The notes under the pieces were generated by a model, which saw nothing but the letters and a program-made list of their open reading frames with translations, had not been told where the DNA came from and did not search any database. A stretch of DNA of 58,304 nucleotides from an uncultured Bartonella sp. (lineage in GTDB: Bacteria > Pseudomonadota > Alphaproteobacteria > Rhizobiales > Rhizobiaceae): assembly GCA_943913205.1 (NCBI GenBank), contig CALTWN010000001.1:1-58304 (forward strand), read 5' to 3'. Each line of letters opens with the position of its first letter. The stretch's first letter is position 1. A program made the translations under genes and the position numbers. Below, in pieces: positions 45,595-53,995 of this stretch.

Positions 45595-45684
45595 AGAATT
45601 AAAATAATATATGAGTTTTAAAGAAGTATGAATATTTAAAAAAACGGCTAAATCTAAATATTTTTTAATATAGCTTCAGAGTAC

Positions 45685-45717
45685 AAAATAAAAAAGGGCG
45701 CCAAATCGGCGCCCTTT
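45685..45717 (-). terminator. Rho-independent terminator of mntH
   Basis: Minus strand AAAGGGCGCC-GATTT-GGCGCCCTTT followed by TTTATTTT, just after the mntH stop. Confidence 0.85.
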
Positions 45718-45726
45718 CCTAATATT

Positions 45727-47004
45727 TTATGTACCCGCAAATGTTTGATAAATCAAAACAAAATTAAGTAGCAATATAAGTGTCGCAGAACATATAGCAA
45801 ATATATTTAAAAACCTACCATTTGCAAAATGCCCCATAAACTTTTCTGAACTAGTAAAATAACATAACACTAGCATCGGAATTGGTAGAGAAATACTTAA
45901 TATAACCTGGCTGACCACCAAAGAATCAGTAGCATTGAGTCCCATAGCAACAACAATAAAAGAAGGCACTACAGTTACAAGCCTACGTAGCCACAATGGT
46001 ATTCTAAATCCAACAAAACCTTGCATTATAATTTGACCTGCCATTGTACCTACTACAGAACTTGAAACACCCGACAGAAGTAAGGAAATCAAATATAGTG
46101 AAGCTGCAGCGCTCCCTAAAAGAGGCCATAAAGTCTTATACGCATCTTCTATTTCGGTTATAACATGTCCGCTATTATGGAAAGTACTAGCAGCCAATAT
46201 AACCATCGCCATATTAACAATACCCGCCATAGTTAGAGCAATTACAACCTCTATATTAGAATATTTTATAAGCTTTCTTTTCTGACCATCATCTAAGCTA
46301 GCAGTACGCGGCGGCATTAAACCAGAATGCAAATATATAGCATGTGGCATTACCGTTGCACCAACAATACCCACACTAAGAAATAAAGCTTCAGCATTTG
46401 CCATCTCTGGTTTAAAGCAATGCAATCCAACACTTGCCCAATCAACAGGCGCTATAAATAACTCCAATAAATAACAAGTACATATTGCTGTAACAAATGC
46501 ACCAATGGTTATTTCTATAGATCTATATCCATAACGATCAAGCATCAAAATAGCAAATGTTAATAAAGCTATTATAAACATACCAGCCATAAGAGGTAGG
46601 TGAAATAGAAGCGAAAAACCTATTGCACCACCTATAAACTCGGCCAAATCTGTTGCTATAGCAGAAATTTCGCTTATTAACCACATAGGTATAGTCAAAA
46701 TAGGTTTAAAATTATCCCTACACATTTCTGCTAAGTTTTTATTGGTTACGATTCCCAAGCGGGCAGACATAGCTTGAAACATCATTGCAATAATATTTGC
46801 AGCTAGCACAACCCATAATAAACTGTAGCCAAACTTAGACCCAGCCTCAATATTAGTTGCATAATTGCCTGGATCAACATAAGCTATAGCAGTTATTAAA
46901 GCAGGACCGGCAAATAGTAAAAATGAAAAAAATCGTTTCTTACGGCCAGCCATAAAATCATACATAGCCTCCGTATTTTTTTTACTTATATTTAATAAAC
47001 TCAT
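45727..47004 (-). CDS. mntH: Nramp-family Mn2+/Fe2+ transporter
   Basis: AYVDPGN, TDLAEF, GATVMPHAIYLHS and GQIIMQGF. Confidence 0.95.
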   Translation of the reverse strand: MSLLNISKKNTEAMYDFMAGRKKRFFSFLLFAGPALITAIAYVDPGNYATNIEAGSKFGYSLLWVVLAANIIAMMFQAMSARLGIVTNKNLAEMCRDNFKPILTIPMWLISEISAIATDLAEFIGGAIGFSLLFHLPLMAGMFIIALLTFAILMLDRYGYRSIEITIGAFVTAICTCYLLELFIAPVDWASVGLHCFKPEMANAEALFLSVGIVGATVMPHAIYLHSGLMPPRTASLDDGQKRKLIKYSNIEVVIALTMAGIVNMAMVILAASTFHNSGHVITEIEDAYKTLWPLLGSAAASLYLISLLLSGVSSSVVGTMAGQIIMQGFVGFRIPLWLRRLVTVVPSFIVVAMGLNATDSLVVSQVILSISLPIPMLVLCYFTSSEKFMGHFANGRFLNIFAICSATLILLLNFVLIYQTFAGT

Positions 47005-47061
47005 TGTAGGCTTCGAAGCCCCTTTCTAATCACAGAGTTAACAACTTCTAAATTTAGCATA

Positions 47062-47091
47062 ATATTATAATACAAGATATTATAATACAAG
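47062..47091. repeat. Perfect 15-bp tandem duplication (ATATTATAATACAAG)x2
   Basis: Units at 47062-47076 and 47077-47091, between rnpB and mntH. Confidence 0.85.
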
Positions 47092-47098
47092 CAATAAA

Positions 47099-47470
47099 AT
47101 CAGTCGGTCTATAAGCCGGGTTTTGTATAGCAAAAATTTGCCTGACAGCCATTCATCTAGTGCCTATGTCACCATAAGCCTCATGCAACCTACCCGAATA
47201 GCAAACCCAGAAAACGGTTGTGTAATATAACACATGCTATTCCTATTTGGTCTTGCTCCTGGTGGGGTTTACTTACGCCCACATCATTACTGACAGTGGC
47301 GGTGAGCTCTTACCTCACCTTTTCACCCTTACCTATTTAAAAAATAGGCGGTATATTTCTGTAGCACTTTCCCTAAGGTCACCCTTGCTGGGTGTTACCC
47401 AGCACCATTTTTCTAGGAGCCCGGACTTTCCTCACCACCACAAAGTAGCGCGGCTGTCCAACCGACTGAT
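47099..47470 (-). ncRNA. rnpB: RNase P RNA (type A)
   Basis: Minus strand 5' ATCAGTCGGTTGGACAGCCGC...GAGGAAAGTCCGGGCTCC, GGTAAACCCCACC and 3' ACAAAACCCGGCTTATAGACCGACTGAT; the two ends pair as P1. Confidence 0.96.
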
Positions 47471-47475
47471 AAGAT

Positions 47476-47504
47476 ATTGTAATATTGCATAAAAAAAAAG
47501 TAAA
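47476..47504 (-). promoter_or_regulatory. Putative sigma70 promoter of rnpB
   Basis: Minus strand TTTACT (47504-47499), 17-bp spacer, TACAAT (47481-47476). The predicted start (~47470) matches the RNA 5' end. Confidence 0.6.
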
Positions 47505-47508
47505 GCTT

Positions 47509-48006
47509 CTATTTTAAAGAAGCTAAATATGTGCGAACATGTTTGCAATAACGCTGTGAAATAGGGTTCATTTTTTTTGCGCCGTATCCAGCATTATATT
47601 TTAATATAGTTCTGCAAGTATCACCATGGCCATATTTTATAGCTTTTGCTAAATATTTAACGCCATATTTTAAGTTGGTTTCTGGATTATATAGCTCAGT
47701 TAACGGGCTTTTAAAACCAAGATTACGTGCTGTTGTGGGCATAAGTTGCATTAAACCAACTTCACCTGCAGCGCCATGCGCATTTACATTATAATTACTT
47801 TCTGTATGTATAACAGCATGTATAAGATTTACTGGAACCTTATCTTCTTTAGCTAGTTTCTTAATTATTAAATCAAAAGGACGCGGCTTTGTAACAATTT
47901 TATTTGTATCTTTTGCAACTGAATAGGCATTTGCAGCGTTTAATTGAAAAGTAAGGGCCGCAGTAGCAGCAATTACTGAGGTAGTAAGTGTTTTAATAAA
48001 TTTCAT
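47509..48006 (-). CDS. Lytic transglycosylase (SLT domain), secreted
   Basis: Signal peptide ending ANA; AVIHTES (catalytic Glu), GLMQL, NLKYGVKYL and YNAG. Confidence 0.92.
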   Translation of the reverse strand: MKFIKTLTTSVIAATAALTFQLNAANAYSVAKDTNKIVTKPRPFDLIIKKLAKEDKVPVNLIHAVIHTESNYNVNAHGAAGEVGLMQLMPTTARNLGFKSPLTELYNPETNLKYGVKYLAKAIKYGHGDTCRTILKYNAGYGAKKMNPISQRYCKHVRTYLASLK

Positions 48007-48087
48007 TTTGGTTATCCTAATATCGTTCTATATCTGTTTTCGTTAGGATAGTTGTACCAAAACATTTTTACAAAAAAATGCTAATTA

Positions 48088-48109
48088 TGTGGCCGAATTG
48101 TGACCGAAT
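48088..48109. promoter_or_regulatory. 11-bp direct repeat, candidate OmpR-family response-regulator site
   Basis: TGTGGCCGAAT / TGTGACCGAAT (10/11 identical), GC-rich within an AT-rich spacer upstream of the SLT gene. Confidence 0.4.
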
Positions 48110-48112
48110 GCC

Positions 48113-48139
48113 GTAATTGACTTATTATAAGTCAATTAC
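48113..48139. repeat. Perfect 27-bp palindrome
   Basis: GTAATTGACTTAT-T-ATAAGTCAATTAC (13-bp arms), overlapping the stop codon of the 89-aa ORF. Confidence 0.8.
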
Positions 48140-48405
48140 TTAAGTTTTTTTGCTTTTTCTATAAGGGTTTGTGTTTCTTCTGAAGAAAATTGCGCATTTT
48201 TAGCAACTTTTCCAGCATCTTCTATCGCGTCTTCTATTAATTTTTTCCTACTAACTTTAGTATTATTAATTTGATGTCTTATATAATCGTTTTCTAATGT
48301 GCTAAAATTCGCTGAATAATTATTATTATTTTTTTCCCTATATATTATAAATATAATTATAATTACGGCTATCATTAGCATTACAAAGGCTATTTTCTTT
48401 TTCAA
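48136..48405 (-). CDS. Hypothetical small membrane-anchored protein
   Basis: MKKK, a hydrophobic segment and a helical C-terminus; TTG start with AGGA upstream. No family recognised. Confidence 0.55.
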   Translation of the reverse strand: MKKKIAFVMLMIAVIIIIFIIYREKNNNNYSANFSTLENDYIRHQINNTKVSRKKLIEDAIEDAGKVAKNAQFSSEETQTLIEKAKKLK

Positions 48406-48422
48406 TTTCTAAACATCCTATA

Positions 48423-48716
48423 ATGAGCAAAAAACAAAGCAAATATATCATAAAAATTATTAGCAATATGTTTGGTGCTATACCATATTATGACGCGCAG
48501 CATATAATAATAGCAGCACAATCTCCTCATTTAAAGCATCTACCAATTTCTATTGCAACCTGGCTTTGCACTATATCTTACATAAGACATAATTATACTG
48601 ATTATGATTCCTTACTAGAACAAGGTTTCAAAAAAGAAGCTGCCCGATATTATACCAAACAACAAATAAATAATATATTACAAAAATGGCACTCTAATAA
48701 GCAACTTACCGAGTGA
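48423..48716 (+). CDS. DUF2293 family protein
   Basis: YIRHNYTDYDSLL..G...EAAR...IN.IL.KW pattern. Confidence 0.75.
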   Translation: MSKKQSKYIIKIISNMFGAIPYYDAQHIIIAAQSPHLKHLPISIATWLCTISYIRHNYTDYDSLLEQGFKKEAARYYTKQQINNILQKWHSNKQLTE

Positions 48717-50355
48717 GTCTTTTATAACTTGCTCTTTTAGGATTTAAAGCTTCGGCCCCAAAACGCCTAATTTTATCTTCTTCATAATCAGCAAAATTAC
48801 CTTCAAACCATTCTACGTGACTATCACCCTCAAATGATAGAATATGCGTAGCTAACCTATCTAGAAACATACGATCGTGGCTTATGATAACAGCACAGCC
48901 AGCAAAATTTTCTAACGCATCTTCCAAAGCCGCTAAAGTTTCAGTGTCCAAATCGTTAGTTGGTTCATCCAAAAGCAATAAATTGCCACCTTCTTTTAAG
49001 AGTTTAGCTAAATGCACACGATTTCGCTGCCCGCCAGAAAGATTGCCCACAATTTGTTGTTGGTCTGCACCTTTGAAGTTAAAATTACCACAATAAGCTC
49101 TACTATTTACTTCATACTGCCCTAACTTTATTATGTCATTTCCACCAGAAATTTCTTGCCAAACTGTATTACTAGCTACTAAACTATCCCTACTTTGGTC
49201 AACATAGCTCAATGAAACAGTTTCGCCAACCTCTATTTCTCCACTATCAGGCTGCTCGCTGCCCGTTAGCATTTTAAATAAAGTTGTTTTACCAGCACCA
49301 TTCGCCCCAATAACGCCAACAATGCCACCTGCGGGCAACTTAAAACTTAAATTATCAATCAACAATCTATCGCCAAAAGCTTTAGATATGTTACTTACAT
49401 TAATAACTATTTGTCCAAGCCGTTCTGCAACAGGTATAATAATTTGCGCATCGCTTGGCGCTCGATTTTTAGCGCTTTCCACTAAGTTCTCATAAGCTTG
49501 TATACGAGCTTTAGATTTCACCTGGCGCGCTTTAGGGCTAGAGGCTATCCATTCTTGCTCACGAGCTATAGCTTTTTGTTTTGCAGCTTCTTCTCGACCT
49601 TCTTGGGCAAGTCGTTTAGCTTTAGCTTGTAAATATGAAGAGTAATTTCCTTCATAAGGTATACCATGGCCCCTATCTAATTCTAAAATCCAACTCGTTA
49701 CATTATCTAAAAAATATCTATCATGGGTAATTATTAGTACGGCACCACTATATTTTTGCAAATGCTTCTCAAGCCAAGCAGTTGTCTCAGCATCAAGGTG
49801 ATTTGTTGGCTCGTCAAGTAACAATAAATCTGGCTTTGCTAGTAATAGCTTACACAACGCTACGCGACGTTTCTCACCGCCTGATAAATTTTCAACTGAA
49901 CTTGTAGCTGGTGGGCAAGCAAGCGCTTCTAAAGCCATTTCCACTTGGCTTTCTAGGTCCCATAGATTTTGGGCATCAATAATATCTTGTAGTTTGGCCG
50001 CTTTAATGGCATTTTCATCATTATAATCTAACATAAGGTCGTTATATTCATCTATTATAGCTTTTTTACTAGCCACGCCTTCCATAACGTTTTCAAGCAC
50101 AGTTTTAGAATTATCTAATTCTGGTTCTTGCGGTAAATAACCACAAGTAGCACCTTCTGCCAACCAAGCCTCGCCTGTATATTCTTTATCAAGACCTGCC
50201 ATAATTTTTAATATAGTAGATTTACCCGCACCGTTTGGGCCTAAAATACCTATTTTAGCATCTGGATAAAAAGATAAATTTATATTTTTCAAAATAGGCT
50301 TATTACCATATGATTTACTTACTTCAGACATATGATAAATAAATTGTCTAGCCAT
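48706..50355 (-). CDS. ettA: ABC-F energy-dependent translational throttle EttA
   Basis: MARQFIY...LSFYPDAKIG, two ABC domains and WFEGNF. Start taken as the ATG at 50355. Confidence 0.96.
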   Translation of the reverse strand: MARQFIYHMSEVSKSYGNKPILKNINLSFYPDAKIGILGPNGAGKSTILKIMAGLDKEYTGEAWLAEGATCGYLPQEPELDNSKTVLENVMEGVASKKAIIDEYNDLMLDYNDENAIKAAKLQDIIDAQNLWDLESQVEMALEALACPPATSSVENLSGGEKRRVALCKLLLAKPDLLLLDEPTNHLDAETTAWLEKHLQKYSGAVLIITHDRYFLDNVTSWILELDRGHGIPYEGNYSSYLQAKAKRLAQEGREEAAKQKAIAREQEWIASSPKARQVKSKARIQAYENLVESAKNRAPSDAQIIIPVAERLGQIVINVSNISKAFGDRLLIDNLSFKLPAGGIVGVIGANGAGKTTLFKMLTGSEQPDSGEIEVGETVSLSYVDQSRDSLVASNTVWQEISGGNDIIKLGQYEVNSRAYCGNFNFKGADQQQIVGNLSGGQRNRVHLAKLLKEGGNLLLLDEPTNDLDTETLAALEDALENFAGCAVIISHDRMFLDRLATHILSFEGDSHVEWFEGNFADYEEDKIRRFGAEALNPKRASYKRLTR

Positions 50356-50424
50356 TTCACCTCTCAATTACCGTTATATAATGTTACTATAAGATAAAAG
50401 ATTTAGAATCACAACAAAATACGT

Positions 50425-50889
50425 ATGCAAATTTATTTATTTAAACCTAAAAACAAAGTTATTGAGATTGAAAACTCAAGGCATATAACCTACTTATTGG
50501 ATAAAAATGGCGCCTTTATAGAGAGTGATACAAACTTACCTATTTTTGAAACATTATCTAAAAATTGTTGCTATTATATTTATGCACCTTTTCCAGTAAA
50601 TATTTTAGCAATACCACATTGCATAAAGCATAAAATAACCATAATAAGTAACCATAAATTAGACTATATTACCATATGTATTTTATTGTTTTGGTTGCGT
50701 CTAGAGCGCTATTTATCAGGCTCTGATACATATAGCCGCCTGATGAGAAAGATATTAATAGAAAAATTTGACAGGCAAAGTAATGATATGTATTTTATAC
50801 CTATAACAACTTGGATAAGTTCTTTAAAACAAGTAAAAAGAAGTTTTAATCAATGGATAACAAAGATACCCAGCAAAACTCCGCTCTAA
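50425..50889 (+). CDS. Hypothetical protein
   Basis: 154-codon ORF filling the gap between ettA and pncA and overlapping pncA by 37 bp. No motif recognised. Confidence 0.5.
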   Translation: MQIYLFKPKNKVIEIENSRHITYLLDKNGAFIESDTNLPIFETLSKNCCYYIYAPFPVNILAIPHCIKHKITIISNHKLDYITICILLFWLRLERYLSGSDTYSRLMRKILIEKFDRQSNDMYFIPITTWISSLKQVKRSFNQWITKIPSKTPL

Positions 50890-51419
50890 TTGTTGTTGAT
50901 ATGCAAAACGACTTTATAGAAGGCGGCGCGCTAGCTGTACCCGGTAGTCTGAACGTAGTAAAACCAGTAAATAAGCTTATTGAGAGTTATGATAATATAG
51001 TTTTTACCCAAGACTGGCACCCTTCTAATCACGAAAGCTTTAAGCACACCTGGCCACCGCATTGCATTCAGGGCAGTTTTGGTTCCGAAATTCATTCTGA
51101 GATCAGCACAACAAAAGCGCAACTTATTCTGCGTAAAGGTTACAGACAACATATAGATAGCTATTCAGCCTTTTTTGAAAATGATCATATTACTCCTACA
51201 GGATTATCATCATATTTAAAAGAGAGAGAGATAAAAAATTTAATATTATGTGGCTTAGCTTTAGATTTTTGTGTAGGTTATAGTGCGCTTGATGCCGTAA
51301 AATGCGGCTTCAATGCCTCTATAATATTGAGCGCTTCAAAAGCAATAGACATGGATAGCTCACTTACTACCATGCTTGAAAAATTAAAGCAAAATAATGT
51401 AGAGCTTCTCTTAGGCTAG
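50853..51419 (+). CDS. pncA: Nicotinamidase/pyrazinamidase
   Basis: VVDMQNDF..GGAL, TQDWHP, WPPHC, KG...DSYSAF and GLALDFCV. Confidence 0.94.
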   Translation: MDNKDTQQNSALIVVDMQNDFIEGGALAVPGSLNVVKPVNKLIESYDNIVFTQDWHPSNHESFKHTWPPHCIQGSFGSEIHSEISTTKAQLILRKGYRQHIDSYSAFFENDHITPTGLSSYLKEREIKNLILCGLALDFCVGYSALDAVKCGFNASIILSASKAIDMDSSLTTMLEKLKQNNVELLLG

Positions 51420-52439
51420 TAATTTATTCTTGTAATAGGAGTGCAGCAAGCTAGTTGATATAAAAAATATACTAAATAGCCCAGCTATATAGTCTGGTAT
51501 TTCTATATTTACTTTACAATACATAATTACAGCTAAAGATAAAATCGCATAGAACGCACCATGTTCTATAAAAGAAAACCTAGCCAAGCTATTTTCTTTA
51601 ACCAGCATAATGGTTAATGAACGTACATAAAAAGCTCCAATACTTAAGCCAAGTACAATTATTACAAAATTATTTGATAGGGCAAAAGCTCCTAATACCC
51701 CATCAAACGAAAAGGTGCTATCTAATATTTCTAAATATAAAAAACTACGCCAACCCCCCAAATTTTCTGATTCTTTATTATCTAAACTAGCATTTAAAAA
51801 CTTAATGGCATAAAAACTTATAACCCCTAAAACAAAACTAAATATAAAACTACTAATTTTAGCATCTGGAATTTTACTAAAAAAATAAAAGCTTAAGGAT
51901 GCAAAGAGTAAATTAATAAGCATTGGCATCCAAGAAAAAACACTAATATAAGCTACAGGCTTTTCTAAAAAATTAATCCAATGTTCTGTTTTATCATTTG
52001 TAAAAAAAAAGCTCAGGGCCACAAGCGATAAAAAACTCGCTCCAAATACATTTAAGCTTAGATGTGCGTTATTTAAAGCCTGCATATATTGAGCGGGAGC
52101 AAACAAAGCCATATGTAATATAACAAAAATATTTTGCTTCAAAACAAACATCACAATTATAAGTGGCATAAAAATACGCATACCGAAAACAGCAATAAAA
52201 ATTCCCAAAAATAAAAATATTTTTTGCCATTTTAAGCTCATATGCTGAACAACACGCGCATTGATAATAGCGTTATCAAAAGAAAGTGATATTTCTAAAA
52301 CAGCTAAAATAAAACATTCCCATAATGCTATAATAGCGTTCGATAAGCCTCCGCCCTTACTATAGCCAGCTAAAAATGCTGCAGCAAAACCAAGAATAGT
52401 AAGGGTTACAGGGTATTTAAAATGTTTATAAATATTCAT
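51411..52439 (-). CDS. DUF475 family (TerC-related) integral membrane protein
   Basis: LAVLEISLSFDNAIINA, IAVFGMR, FLYLEILDSTFSFDGVLGAFA and EHGAFYAI. Confidence 0.88.
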   Translation of the reverse strand: MNIYKHFKYPVTLTILGFAAAFLAGYSKGGGLSNAIIALWECFILAVLEISLSFDNAIINARVVQHMSLKWQKIFLFLGIFIAVFGMRIFMPLIIVMFVLKQNIFVILHMALFAPAQYMQALNNAHLSLNVFGASFLSLVALSFFFTNDKTEHWINFLEKPVAYISVFSWMPMLINLLFASLSFYFFSKIPDAKISSFIFSFVLGVISFYAIKFLNASLDNKESENLGGWRSFLYLEILDSTFSFDGVLGAFALSNNFVIIVLGLSIGAFYVRSLTIMLVKENSLARFSFIEHGAFYAILSLAVIMYCKVNIEIPDYIAGLFSIFFISTSLLHSYYKNKLLA

Positions 52440-52476
52440 TAATTTCTTCTTTATATTACTATATGTAACTTTAAAC

Positions 52477-52505
52477 TTGCCAAAGGCTAGACTATTTCTT
52501 ATTAT
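52477..52505 (+). promoter_or_regulatory. Putative sigma70 promoter of the permease pair
   Basis: TTGCCA (52477-52482), 17-bp spacer, TATTAT (52500-52505). Confidence 0.5.
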
Positions 52506-52573
52506 TTAGTCGTGCATAGTTTGTACAACCTATTAGAGAACCTTAATTTTAAATAATTATAAAGTAAGAGATC

Positions 52574-53995
52574 ATGAAAACAAAACATCAATTTAATAAA
52601 GACCTAAAAAAAAGACATATTTCTTTTATAGCTTTGGGTGCAGTTATAGGAACTGGGCTATTCTTAGGATCTGCTACAGCTATCAGACAGGCAGGGCCTA
52701 GCGTTATATTTGCATACCTACTTATTGGCTTAGTAGTGTTTTTAATAATGCGAGCATTAGGGGAGATAGCACTACAATCTCCGCAATTAGGCACCTTTAG
52801 CACTTATGCAACAAATTTTATAGGACCTTTTGCAGGCTATGCAGCTGGGTGGTCTTATGTTTTTAAAATAGCATGTGTTTGTTTAGCCGATATAGTAGCT
52901 TTTAACACATATATGGCATTTTGGTATCCGGATGTCTCCTCTTGGATATGGACTATAGGGCTAATTACAATCGTCTGTGCATTCAATATTACCACAGTAA
53001 AAATTTACGGTGAGCTTGAAGTTTATTTTTCTATAATGAAAGTTGGTGCTATATTATTAATGATAGTAGGTGGTTTAACTCTTTTATTTATCGGGCTTTA
53101 CCATGAGCCTAGATCGCTTGCTAGCGCGCATAAATTGCTTACATTATCTTACTGGTTTCCACATAGTTTACTAGGTTTTATAAAATGCCTACCTATCGTT
53201 ATTTATGCTTTCGGTGGAATTGAAATTCTAGGCATTACAGGGCCAGAAACACACGACCCTGAAAAAGTTATACCAAGAGCTATTAATGCCATACCTATGC
53301 GTATTATATTTTTCTATGTTATAACAATGTCTGTATTATTTGCACTATATCCATGGCAAGAGATAGGTGTAAATGGTAGCCCATTTGTTACTATATGCCA
53401 CGGCTTAGGCATACCTTCTGCAGCTAATTTATTAAATATAATAGTACTTGTTGCTGCTGCATCTGCTATAAATAGTGATATTTATGGTTCTAGTCGCATG
53501 TTGCATAGCTTAGCTAAAGACGGACACGCTTTTAAAAGACTTCATATATTGAGCTCTAGAGGTACCCCTGTTTATGCAATTTTAATAATGTTGGTTATAA
53601 TTGCAGCCGGCATAGTTCTTAATTATTTTAATAATAATGGGCTTTTTGTTTTGATGGCTGATATTTCTGCATTTGCCGCTTTAGTAGGATGGTTTATAAT
53701 AGTATTATCTCAATTACTTATGCGCCTAAAAATGCCAAAGGAAGAACATGCTAATTTAAAGTTTCCTATGCCTTTTTGGCCGCTAAGCAGTATTATAGCT
53801 ATGGGCACTATTTTATTCGTATATGCAGTGATGTCATATTACAATAAAGCCGCATTTTTATATGGTGTAATATGGTTGAGTTATTTAGTATTAAGCTATA
53901 ATTTCCTCAAATTTCTCAAAAAAAGAGGAATATTTAGAAATCTATTTATAGATAATGCTGAAAATCCACTAAACATAAAAAAGACTATTATATGA
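52574..53995 (+). CDS. APC-superfamily amino acid permease (AAT family, ProY/AroP-like), copy 1
   Basis: RHISFIALGAVIGTGLFLGS, MRALGE, YGELE, FGGIE and GSPFV. Confidence 0.92.
   Translation: MKTKHQFNKDLKKRHISFIALGAVIGTGLFLGSATAIRQAGPSVIFAYLLIGLVVFLIMRALGEIALQSPQLGTFSTYATNFIGPFAGYAAGWSYVFKIACVCLADIVAFNTYMAFWYPDVSSWIWTIGLITIVCAFNITTVKIYGELEVYFSIMKVGAILLMIVGGLTLLFIGLYHEPRSLASAHKLLTLSYWFPHSLLGFIKCLPIVIYAFGGIEILGITGPETHDPEKVIPRAINAIPMRIIFFYVITMSVLFALYPWQEIGVNGSPFVTICHGLGIPSAANLLNIIVLVAAASAINSDIYGSSRMLHSLAKDGHAFKRLHILSSRGTPVYAILIMLVIIAAGIVLNYFNNNGLFVLMADISAFAALVGWFIIVLSQLLMRLKMPKEEHANLKFPMPFWPLSSIIAMGTILFVYAVMSYYNKAAFLYGVIWLSYLVLSYNFLKFLKKRGIFRNLFIDNAENPLNIKKTII

Noticed and set aside
47052..47079. 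dif-like site (ATTTAGCATAA matches the E. coli XerD arm at 10/11)
   Set aside because: There is no XerC arm after the 6-bp spacer and the context is AT-rich promoter DNA.
47247..47492. 81-aa ORF on the + strand
   Set aside because: It is antisense to the RNase P RNA gene.
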